From TPA_inf: Saccharomyces (Eukaryota), in assembly GCA_000146045.2 (NCBI GenBank), contig BK006942.2:224001-288000 (forward strand): a stretch of 64,000 nucleotides of DNA, given 5' to 3'. A program made the translations under genes and the position numbers. This document shows, piece after piece, positions 1-9,056 of this stretch. The notes beneath the pieces were generated by a model, which saw only the letters and a list, made by a program, of their open reading frames with translations, was not told the origin of the DNA and ran no database searches. The stretch's first letter is position 1, and the number at the start of each line of letters is the position of its first letter.

Positions 1-2019
1 AAGGCTCCTCTTCCGATACTTTGACAATCATCTGTAGGGTATACCTGAGAATGCTCAGTGTCTGAGAACTCGACGTAGATGATATAGTTTGCGAATTGCT
101 TTTAGATTGTAATTTGTCAAATATCATTAAGAGCCCTTGAACAGACAAATCTGTCTTTCGTTTGCATTCTGCTACTGCTAATATAAGAGCGTCTGTACTT
201 TTTTCATCTTCAGACGACTTTATCTTCTGGAGGCACGTAAGCGCTTCCTCTGTTTTATCATCCGCTAGAAAAGACTGCAACATCAAAAGTTGACACAGAG
301 GAGATTGTCTATCTACTTCGTCCATATCCTGATATACTCTAACTGTGTTGGAATAGTCTTCAATTTTGTTATATACGACTTGTAGAGCCCTTTGAATTTT
401 CCCCCGGTCGGAATAATTTTGACTGATAATATCTTTGAGTGCTAATTTGTAAAATCTAATACTAACAACGTATTTTTCCATCTTTTCTAACTTTTTTCCA
501 GTATTCCATAATAAAGTTATTATGCAAGAGATAGCATGTTTGGTGAGGGGTTCTGAAACTATTCTTTCCATCTGTGTGCTAAAATTCTCTAAGCTTTCCG
601 CTATCTCGGAATCATTCATTGTTTTTGATTGTGTTGTAATTAAAAACCTGGAGCAAATGGCTTTTCCTAAGAATTTACTATCATTCTTAGAATTCAGTTT
701 ATTGATTAACAAATAATCGAGACACACTATAGAGAATTTGGTGTTCATTTTTGATAAGTCATTGATAGAAGCTATGACAGCTTGAAAATTGGATATTACA
801 TCTACTGACATAATCATTCGCATGAGAATTTCCTCTATGGTTTCTGCCGGATTTACGATATTTCTCCGTTTAGTTAAATTGATAGCCAATATAAAAGGGT
901 CCACTTTGTTTGGATATTCATTTTGCAAAAGACTTAAATAGTGATCACATTGTTCAAGTTCAGAAGCTTGTGGGTGTCCTTCAACCAAACAATTTGCCAT
1001 AAAAATCAAAACTGAATACTTTAAATTACTATAATCAGTATGAGATTTTAAATTTTCCACAGGTAACTCCAAATATTTTTCCACATCCTTCAAAAAAGAA
1101 ATTATATTTACGTCTACTAACTGAGTTTCAGGATTATTAATTTCTTTCAACATAACTGTGGAATTATAGATCATTCTGCATAATTCGATGAGCAAATCTG
1201 CGTCCATATATTTGGAATTATCAGTGATGTTTACTTTTGCAGTGTAAATATTTGCTGTATCCAGGTCATTTTCCGAAAGATATAATTGAAAATTTACCAA
1301 GTAAAACTCGAACGTCAGTTTTTTAAACTCAGTTTTCTCTTCATTGGAGAAACTTTCCACATTCTCATTGATTATCTGTAAGTATTTCTCTGAATGCTGC
1401 TGTGTATTAGTTATTAAATCGTCAAAACGATACTCACTAGCGCTTTTGAAAGAACTGATATAACATTTGAAGTTCCGTAGGAGGTTGGTGTTTGTCCGAA
1501 ACAAAGCCTCATGGATGGAGAGAAGCTTGGTTGCGAAAATCTTACATTTGCAAAAGACTTCATTAAAATATTTGTCTGAAGCTTTTTCAGCTTTCATAGC
1601 AATAGTCAACGAATTCCATAGACTTGATGCTGCATTTTCCAATTTCAGGATAAGTTCTTCGTCTAATATAACTGTAGTGGTTCTGAATGATCTATCATAT
1701 TTTTCTGCAATGGGATACAATGCGCTTATTTTATTATCTACTGTAATCAAATCGTTTTTCTCTAAATTCTTAGCCGCATAAACTTGCGATGTTATCCAAG
1801 TTGCAGTTTCTTTATATTATTAAAATAATAAAGCTGTTAGTTGCTATTGCTCGTCCAGATAAAAGTTAATAAGGGTATGTTTTGCATTTTGTTATATACC
1901 GCATAACTCGACCAAAGTTTTTCTAAAAGTGGAGTTAACGTTGTGGTCTGACATTGAAACTTGTTGATCACTTTAGAACATAGCCTTTTACTAATATTAC
2001 TAGAAGTGTCATTATTCAT
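1..2019 (-). CDS. SPO22: SPO22 (ZIP4), meiosis-specific; two exons. Exon 2 = 1..1809 is partial, since the gene's 3' end lies beyond the window start. Exon 1 = about 1900/1908..2019, with ATG at 2019-2017. A short intron carries a branch-like AACTAAC at 1841-1835 and a 3' AG at 1811-1810.
   Basis: The minus-strand frame is open from 1816 down to position 1. Its translation (YKETATWITSQVYAAKNLEKNDL...) is recognisable as SPO22. The 60-aa ORF 1837-2019 (MNNDTSSNISKRL...) ends at the TAA of the branch motif, which is typical of an intron-interrupted first exon. A URS1 element lies just upstream. The exact 5' splice site is ambiguous (see finding). Confidence 0.8.
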
Positions 2020-2070
2020 GGAACACTCACTAAAAAGCTTCGCTCTTTTCTCTTTTTATTTATTTGCAAT

Positions 2071-2080
2071 TAGCCGCCGA
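2071..2080. promoter_or_regulatory. URS1 (Ume6 site); its reverse complement is TCGGCGGCTA, an exact consensus match, about 55 bp upstream of the SPO22 ATG
   Basis: tagccgccga read on the plus strand. The adjacent gene is an early meiotic gene. Confidence 0.6.
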
Positions 2081-2403
2081 AGTTTGTATTCCGTACGAAA
2101 ATGAAAATGAACCAGGTAACAAATCTGGTGAAATCACCATTAAACATATAAAAAACAGGATGAATTAGTGTGAAAATTATATAAAAGCCGCTGGTCCAAG
2201 AAGACGTGATTTACAAGACATATACAGGACCCAAAGAAATGGATTTCACTCATGATTATTTCCATTGAAAATCAGATGATTGGCCTTTCATTTTCTTCTT
2301 GAACCAACTGAATTTTGAATGATTGCCCCCCTCAATTTAAAGCGCCAGGTTATCAAAACTTTCAACACACGCTAGTCTGTTGAAAGTAAAGGGAAGATCT
2401 ACG

Positions 2404-2438
2404 TGTGAAGTGATATATGTTTTTAACCTGGGCGGCTA
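2404..2438. promoter_or_regulatory. HOP1 early-meiotic promoter elements: UASH-like TGTGAAGTG (2404-2412, embedded in an Abf1-like ATCACTTCACACG on the opposite strand) and URS1H TGGGCGGCTA (2429-2438, 173 bp before the ATG)
   Basis: Both motifs are present verbatim. The distance to the HOP1 ATG at 2602 matches the described -173 URS1H position. Confidence 0.7.
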
Positions 2439-2601
2439 AATTGTACTTTATATATAGTTGAAACAACAGAGAAAGGGCAGGATAAAGAAAGAAATTGACT
2501 GCAGTTTCCTATGATCATATTTCATTTTTGTAATTAACAATATAATATAATACACTTATAAACGGTTTAAAAACAGCTTTATCTCAGAAAAGTCAGGAAT
2601 T

Positions 2602-4419
2602 ATGTCTAATAAACAACTAGTAAAGCCAAAAACAGAGACAAAGACAGAAATAACTACTGAACAGTCTCAAAAACTGCTCCAAACAATGCTCACAATGTCT
2701 TTTGGTTGTTTAGCCTTTCTCAGGGGGTTGTTCCCTGATGATATATTTGTTGACCAACGGTTTGTACCGGAGAAAGTTGAAAAAAACTACAATAAGCAAA
2801 ACACGTCTCAAAATAACTCTATCAAAATCAAGACATTAATTAGGGGCAAATCGGCTCAAGCAGATTTATTACTGGATTGGTTGGAGAAGGGAGTTTTCAA
2901 ATCCATTCGTTTAAAGTGTTTAAAAGCCCTATCATTAGGTATATTTCTAGAGGATCCCACCGATCTCCTAGAAAATTACATTTTTAGTTTTGATTATGAC
3001 GAAGAGAATAATGTCAATATTAATGTAAACTTGAGTGGCAATAAAAAAGGGAGCAAAAATGCCGACCCAGAGAACGAGACAATTTCTTTACTAGATTCGA
3101 GAAGGATGGTTCAACAGTTAATGAGACGATTTATCATAATTACCCAATCCCTGGAACCTTTACCCCAAAAAAAGTTCCTCACTATGAGGTTGATGTTTAA
3201 TGATAACGTCGATGAAGATTATCAGCCGGAGTTGTTCAAAGACGCGACTTTTGACAAAAGAGCAACTTTAAAGGTCCCCACAAATTTAGACAACGATGCT
3301 ATTGACGTCGGTACTCTGAACACGAAGCATCATAAAGTTGCTCTTTCTGTTTTGTCGGCGGCAACATCCAGTATGGAAAAAGCTGGGAACACGAACTTTA
3401 TTAGAGTAGACCCCTTTGATTTAATTTTGCAACAACAAGAAGAAAATAAACTTGAAGAATCTGTTCCTACAAAACCCCAGAATTTTGTCACAAGCCAAAC
3501 AACCAATGTGCTTGGAAATCTTTTAAATTCTTCGCAAGCAAGTATACAACCAACTCAATTTGTTTCAAATAACCCAGTCACGGGCATTTGTAGTTGCGAA
3601 TGTGGATTGGAAGTTCCCAAAGCAGCCACCGTGTTAAAGACTTGTAAAAGTTGCCGTAAAACACTACACGGCATCTGTTATGGCAATTTTCTACATTCGT
3701 CAATTGAGAAATGCTTTACTTGCATTTTTGGACCTTCCTTGGATACTAAATGGTCTAAATTTCAGGATCTTATGATGATTAGAAAGGTTTTTAGGTTCTT
3801 GGTGAGAAAAAAGAAGGGATTTCCGGCCTCTATAACAGAACTCATTGATAGTTTTATCAACGTCGAAGATCAGAATAACGAAGTAAAAGAGAGAGTTGCA
3901 TTCGCCTTATTTGTATTTTTCTTAGATGAAACACTATGCCTCGATAATGGGGGAAAACCTAGCCAAACTATTAGGTACGTTACGAGCTCTGTACTCGTTG
4001 ATGTAAAGGGAATTGTCATACCAAATACTAGAAAGCAACTGAACGTAAATCACGAATATAAATGGCACTTTACCACCAGTTCCCCTAAAGCCGAGAGCTT
4101 CTATCAAGAGGTTCTGCCTAACTCAAGAAAACAAGTCGAGTCGTGGTTACAGGATATCACTAACTTAAGAAAAGTCTATTCTGAAGCTCTTTCTCCGTCG
4201 TCAACCCTACAGGAGCTTGATCTTAACTCAAGCTTGCCTACGCAAGATCCAATAATTTCTGGCCAAAAAAGGAGACGTTACGATCTTGATGAGTACTTAG
4301 AGGAAGATAAAAGCTCAGTTGTTAATGATACGATAAAAGCAAAAGATTTTGATGAAAGTGTACCAGCAAAGATTCGCAAAATCAGCGTCTCTAAAAAGAC
4401 TTTGAAAAGTAACTGGTAG
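2602..4419 (+). CDS. HOP1: HOP1, meiotic chromosome-axis HORMA-domain protein with a Cys-rich zinc finger (CSCECG...CKSCRK...HGICYG)
   Basis: 605-aa ORF with ATG verified at 2602. Sequence is recognised and the length matches. Confidence 0.95.
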   Translation: MSNKQLVKPKTETKTEITTEQSQKLLQTMLTMSFGCLAFLRGLFPDDIFVDQRFVPEKVEKNYNKQNTSQNNSIKIKTLIRGKSAQADLLLDWLEKGVFKSIRLKCLKALSLGIFLEDPTDLLENYIFSFDYDEENNVNINVNLSGNKKGSKNADPENETISLLDSRRMVQQLMRRFIIITQSLEPLPQKKFLTMRLMFNDNVDEDYQPELFKDATFDKRATLKVPTNLDNDAIDVGTLNTKHHKVALSVLSAATSSMEKAGNTNFIRVDPFDLILQQQEENKLEESVPTKPQNFVTSQTTNVLGNLLNSSQASIQPTQFVSNNPVTGICSCECGLEVPKAATVLKTCKSCRKTLHGICYGNFLHSSIEKCFTCIFGPSLDTKWSKFQDLMMIRKVFRFLVRKKKGFPASITELIDSFINVEDQNNEVKERVAFALFVFFLDETLCLDNGGKPSQTIRYVTSSVLVDVKGIVIPNTRKQLNVNHEYKWHFTTSSPKAESFYQEVLPNSRKQVESWLQDITNLRKVYSEALSPSSTLQELDLNSSLPTQDPIISGQKRRRYDLDEYLEEDKSSVVNDTIKAKDFDESVPAKIRKISVSKKTLKSNW

Positions 4420-4659
4420 CGAAAACCGAATTATATTATGCTCATCATTTAAACAGGCACTTCTTCAACAGATTGAAGAAAGTGCTTTAAATATACCTAA
4501 TTTCTCTTTAGCGAGGATTTGCTTAAAATAGTTTCTTTATACAATAATAATGAATAATAAAGTGACGTTACTTCCCCCCAGAGTTTTTTTCTGCCTGTCA
4601 TGGTCTGTCATGGTGAATATTGATCGAAGGAAGAGTGATCGCTCCGTAAATCTAGATGA

Positions 4660-5994
4660 TCAGCATTCAAACAAACCTCCCTCTGAATCACTAATATCAC
4701 TTCTATCGTTAACTTCATCTATGTCCATATCGTCACTGCTTTCATTATTGATAATAGTCGCTGTATTGTTTCCACCGCTATACATTAGTGGATTACCTTG
4801 GATAATGTCTTTCAAATCCGTGTTTTCATTTTTTAGTTTATCTATAACCTCGTTTATCATGGTGCCATTTCTGCTAATTTCGTTAACAATACTTTGTAAA
4901 ATAGAACTATCCTCAAAGTGTATCACGTCCCCGTCAATTTCGAAATTTAACTGCCCTGATATTATTAACTTTGTCAATTCTTCCTTAATATCCTCCAAAT
5001 CAATACCTAGTGTAGATGATAAATAAGAAAACTGTAGCTTTTTTGATATCCTTAAGTAAAAGAAATATATTTTGCACCTCATGATAACAGCAGCCGACGA
5101 CGACCAGCTAGGTTCCAAAAAAAGGCTTTCCATGCATATTTTATTTATTTCACCATGCCAAATTTTGAAAAATTTGTTGAAATTAGTGTTTATCAACAGT
5201 TCGAGACAATTAACCAATAAGGGTGTCATCTGAAAAAATTGCTTTAAATCACTCAAATAGATAAAATCATCATAATTATCCAAAGGTATTGAAATAAGTA
5301 CGGATATATTCACCATCATTATAAACTCCTCTTTCGATATAAAATTCATGCAGTCTAAGTGTTCTGACAGAACTTTCAATGTTAAAGGTTCCGAAGTCAT
5401 CATTGTAAAAAATTTTGTGCAACAGTCAAAATACCTTTCCTGAAGGAAATATGAGACGCAAAGCAACATTTGTATCCTGAGAAGTGAGAAGGAATCATCT
5501 TGAACAACTTCATGACTTATCCGATCTTTTTCCATGGAATTTAACATATCAAAATTTTTACGGCCTTGAATGATATTTTTCACATTATATTCTATTTCTT
5601 CAATGCCTTTGAAATTCTTGCATAGTAGGGATATTTGGGTAATTTTTTCTAAATGCTGATATCGTTTAGTCAATGGAACCTCTTCTGACTCCATTTGAAA
5701 TATTGCGTTCTGAAAATTATGTGAAATTATATCTCGTGCGATGTTTTCATCGAATCCTCCAAGCAATGAAAAATGAGGTTTTCCTACTAGTTGGCTGTTT
5801 AGTAGGCTCACAGGTCTTAATCCGCTCTCTTCTACCAAAATTTCCAAATAGGGAGTGCTTGTACACTGGACTTCCTGTAAATAACTAATGCCTTGCATGG
5901 CCCATCGTTTTCGTTCCTCTTTCTCGCCATAATTGATAGAAAGTAAATGACCAATGCGTTCTATCAATAAAGGTCCTTTAGCGCCATGAAACAT
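4660..5994 (-). CDS. PCI8: PCI8/CSN11, PCI-domain protein (COP9 signalosome-like / eIF3-associated)
   Basis: 444-aa ORF with ATG verified (plus-strand cat at 5992-5994). Position between HOP1 and MAM33 is as expected. Confidence 0.85.
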   Translation of the reverse strand: MFHGAKGPLLIERIGHLLSINYGEKEERKRWAMQGISYLQEVQCTSTPYLEILVEESGLRPVSLLNSQLVGKPHFSLLGGFDENIARDIISHNFQNAIFQMESEEVPLTKRYQHLEKITQISLLCKNFKGIEEIEYNVKNIIQGRKNFDMLNSMEKDRISHEVVQDDSFSLLRIQMLLCVSYFLQERYFDCCTKFFTMMTSEPLTLKVLSEHLDCMNFISKEEFIMMVNISVLISIPLDNYDDFIYLSDLKQFFQMTPLLVNCLELLINTNFNKFFKIWHGEINKICMESLFLEPSWSSSAAVIMRCKIYFFYLRISKKLQFSYLSSTLGIDLEDIKEELTKLIISGQLNFEIDGDVIHFEDSSILQSIVNEISRNGTMINEVIDKLKNENTDLKDIIQGNPLMYSGGNNTATIINNESSDDMDIDEVNDRSDISDSEGGLFEC

Positions 5995-6271
5995 GAGTTT
6001 TTAGATGTCGAGAAGCTGCCTGTTGCCAACTATTTTATTGTGCGGTTCAAAATTGTTTTTGTCTGCACGTTATGCCCTTTCAAAAATTAATCTATTGAAT
6101 TTAGGGGCCAGTCAGAAGATAAGAAAAAAGGAAAATGTTATCATTGTTAAAAACATAAAGTTGTTGAAAATGTATTAACATGTGTATTATATATATAAAT
6201 TATTTACAGTTAAATTTGACTACAAACTAAGTAACCCCGAGTCGCGAAATAAAGCAAAGGTATCTTGTTTC

Positions 6272-7072
6272 TTAGTGGAAAAACTTCTTCATCTTTTCCA
6301 ACCAAGAAATATACTCGTTATTCTCTTTGAACTCGGAATATGCACTAATGAAAGAGGCTAGCTCTTCATTGACACCTCTACTTTCCAAATAAGCTTCCAG
6401 AGATTCTTGTAGTTCTTCGTCCAAGTTTGAAAAAGGTGGGCCATGGTATACCAATTCTCTTGTTATTTCGGCCTCAGCAGACTGATTCAAAGCAGCATCA
6501 ACTGAGGGGTATGGAGTAGCACTATCAACATAAAATGAACCTTCCTGTAAATTCATTAGTAATTCAAATGAGACTGCAGGTTCGCTTGCGCTTTCTTTAG
6601 AAATAACAACATTAACGTTGGCAAAGTTGTCTGATAAAGCATCAAAATCATCCTCATTAATGCCGTCTTCATTTTGCTCGGTATTTTCATCCATTGCGTT
6701 GTTGTAAGGCAGATTAGCAATCTGAGCTACGTCAAAAAAAACATGAACTGTTTCGCCTGATTCGGTTCTTCTAACTATTTCAGCTTCATTCTTACCGGGT
6801 GTCTCTACTAATGAGAACTTATATTTGTTCAAAAAGTCATTAAATGAGTCTAACGACGTTGACTCTGGTAACGTTTCCTTCTCAATTTTCAATTCAGATT
6901 GCAAAATATCACCTACTCTTTGGGTCTCTTGGTTCCTCATGATTGCAGCGGGTGTGAAACATCTCTTAGAGTTAGCAACAGTAAAAACTCTCCACGATGA
7001 TTTTACTACGGCTGGCTTGGGCGTAGTCAAAATGCTTCTAGTGACGGCACGGTTAACGCTTCTTAAGAACAT
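6272..7072 (-). CDS. MAM33: MAM33, mitochondrial acidic matrix protein (p32/gC1qR family)
   Basis: 266-aa ORF with a very acidic C-terminal half. ATG verified. Confidence 0.9.
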   Translation of the reverse strand: MFLRSVNRAVTRSILTTPKPAVVKSSWRVFTVANSKRCFTPAAIMRNQETQRVGDILQSELKIEKETLPESTSLDSFNDFLNKYKFSLVETPGKNEAEIVRRTESGETVHVFFDVAQIANLPYNNAMDENTEQNEDGINEDDFDALSDNFANVNVVISKESASEPAVSFELLMNLQEGSFYVDSATPYPSVDAALNQSAEAEITRELVYHGPPFSNLDEELQESLEAYLESRGVNEELASFISAYSEFKENNEYISWLEKMKKFFH

Positions 7073-7552
7073 TATTTGTTATTTGTTAGTATATGTGATA
7101 GTTTATGTATCTTTGGTAAATGAAGTTAACCTTTACTAAAATAATGTGTTAACAAAATCGATCCCTATCAACTAAAATGCTCCGGATTGTTGTGCTAAAT
7201 ATCCAATTCGCGTTGGTTTTATTTTACTGGAAAATTGAAGCACCGCCGGGTATTGGTAAAAAGTGTATAACAGGAATCGCAATAGTAATATAAAATAATT
7301 TAACAACATTCATTCGCTCTTCCACCCACTTCTTAATCTTAATACATGATACGATTACTCTTTTTGAAGTTTTGAGGTTTTTGCTTTATAATTATGCAAA
7401 AAAAATTGTTTACGTAGCTGTACAACCTACATAGAAATATGAATTATATTATGAAGGGTTCGATGATGAGGAAATAAAAAGGACAAGATGAACGTCAAAA
7501 AAAAATAGTCGGGGACATAACCGATACAAATATGTGTATACTTGAGAACTTC

Positions 7553-8369
7553 TTAATCAGCGTTACGACGAGCAACCTTTTTGGCCAATCTTTTACCAGT
7601 ACCAAAGATCTTCTTGTCTCTGTTCTTCTTTTGCTTTCTTTGTTGTCTGGAAGCCTTTTCAACCTTTTCAGCCAAACCGTATCTGACTAATCTGTAAGTT
7701 GGTTCGAACTTCTTAGCTTCGGCAACAGAGTTGTAGACCAAACCGAAACCAACAGATTTACCACCACCAAATTGGGTTCTGAAACCGAAAACGGAGACAG
7801 CGTCCTTTTCAGCCTTGTAGACTTCAGCTAATTTTTCACGTAATTCATCCTTGGAGACATTAGCTCTGTTTGGGTGCAAGACGTCAACAACGAATTGCTT
7901 TCTGGCCAACAATGGGTTGGAGATAACCTTTCTGGTACGAATAGTGACAGCGTCAGACTATAAAAAATAAAATGAATGGAAGCAAAGCTCACCAGTCATT
8001 TTTAGCAGAATACGTTAGTAATCTAAACAGAACAATTAATCAGAAAAATAATCCAGAAACATTACAGCAGTACTTTTTTTTTTATTCTTTCCAACCCTGG
8101 GAATTTGTTCTCGCTGATCTTACGTTACTGAGGAATACACAGAATAAATATTAGCATTATTGCAATTCTTGTGTTTTAGCCGTAAAGTCCTTTAACCAAT
8201 TTGTATTTTAAACTTGTGGCACCAAACGTATCACTAGATCTTTTTTGTTGGAAATTTCTCCCGTGATTGTATTGTATTTATACAGCCACCCATAATGCTA
8301 TAACCGGAATAGAGCTTACTTGCAGTCTGTTTCAATTTCTGCTGGTTCAGTACAAGTTCGACATACCAT
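7553..8369 (-). CDS. RPS24B: RPS24B, ribosomal protein S24. Spliced as complement(join(7553..7957, 8367..8369)). Exon 1 is the ATG alone. The intron spans 7958..8366 (409 nt): GTATGT at 8366-8361, TACTAAC at 8010-8004, and a TAG acceptor ending at 7958.
   Basis: Exon 2 translates as [36 protein letters not shown]...RRNAD. An ATGGTATGT is found 409 nt upstream with a canonical branch point. The protein is 135 aa. Confidence 0.93.
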
Positions 8370-9056
8370 TTTTATTGATCTTCTGTAGGTACCTTAGCGT
8401 TTGCAGTGAGCTTCGAATAAGATGGCTTAAGAAAAACAACTAGCTTACGCCATTGTCTCATCACTACAACTGTTTAGCTACTAACTTGCTTGACATCCAA
8501 AGAGCAGGCCAATCACTAGAGAATGTCTGGGATCACTCAGATGGGTACACACAAGGCAGTGGATGTGGTTGTTACCGCCACGACTAGGGTCACTCTCTAC
8601 CGTGAATTTCGAAATTTCGCGAACTGAGTGCGCCAGCTAGCCATTGCTACCAAGCTAACAAAAGGATCAGGCTGCCCAAACGGACGTAGACTCACTGGGC
8701 TCCGTCTAGAGAATGACACGAAACCTCACTCGTTGTTTCCTTCCGAGTGATTAACTAGACGGGAATACTGCCTGGAAATTTTTTCGGAAGAGAAAGTTTC
8801 GAATTTTAGTTATTCAGTTTCCCGAAAAAGGAATAAAATATGTACAGATGTAGTTGATCAAAAAAAAGTCTATGGACATCATTCCTACTGAAGGCACAGC
8901 TAGTACCTTATTTATTGCTGATGCTTTAGCAGATTTAATCAACTGTCAACAGCAGTGATATTCATAAGATTGTTAAATAATAACAATACACGAATGAAGG
9001 GAAAACTATACTATGTTATATGTAATCAGTGAACTTTTTTTTTTTCTTGTATATCG

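Noticed and set aside
4550-5026. Many short ORFs in the track lying antisense to or inside long genes. Examples: 4550-5026+, 10380-10586+, 19101-19628+, 42043-42396+, 42642-43055+, 57724-57936+, 28983-29282-.
   Set aside because: They are fully contained in well-supported genes on the opposite strand, they are low-complexity, and several start with non-ATG codons. These are antisense-frame artefacts.
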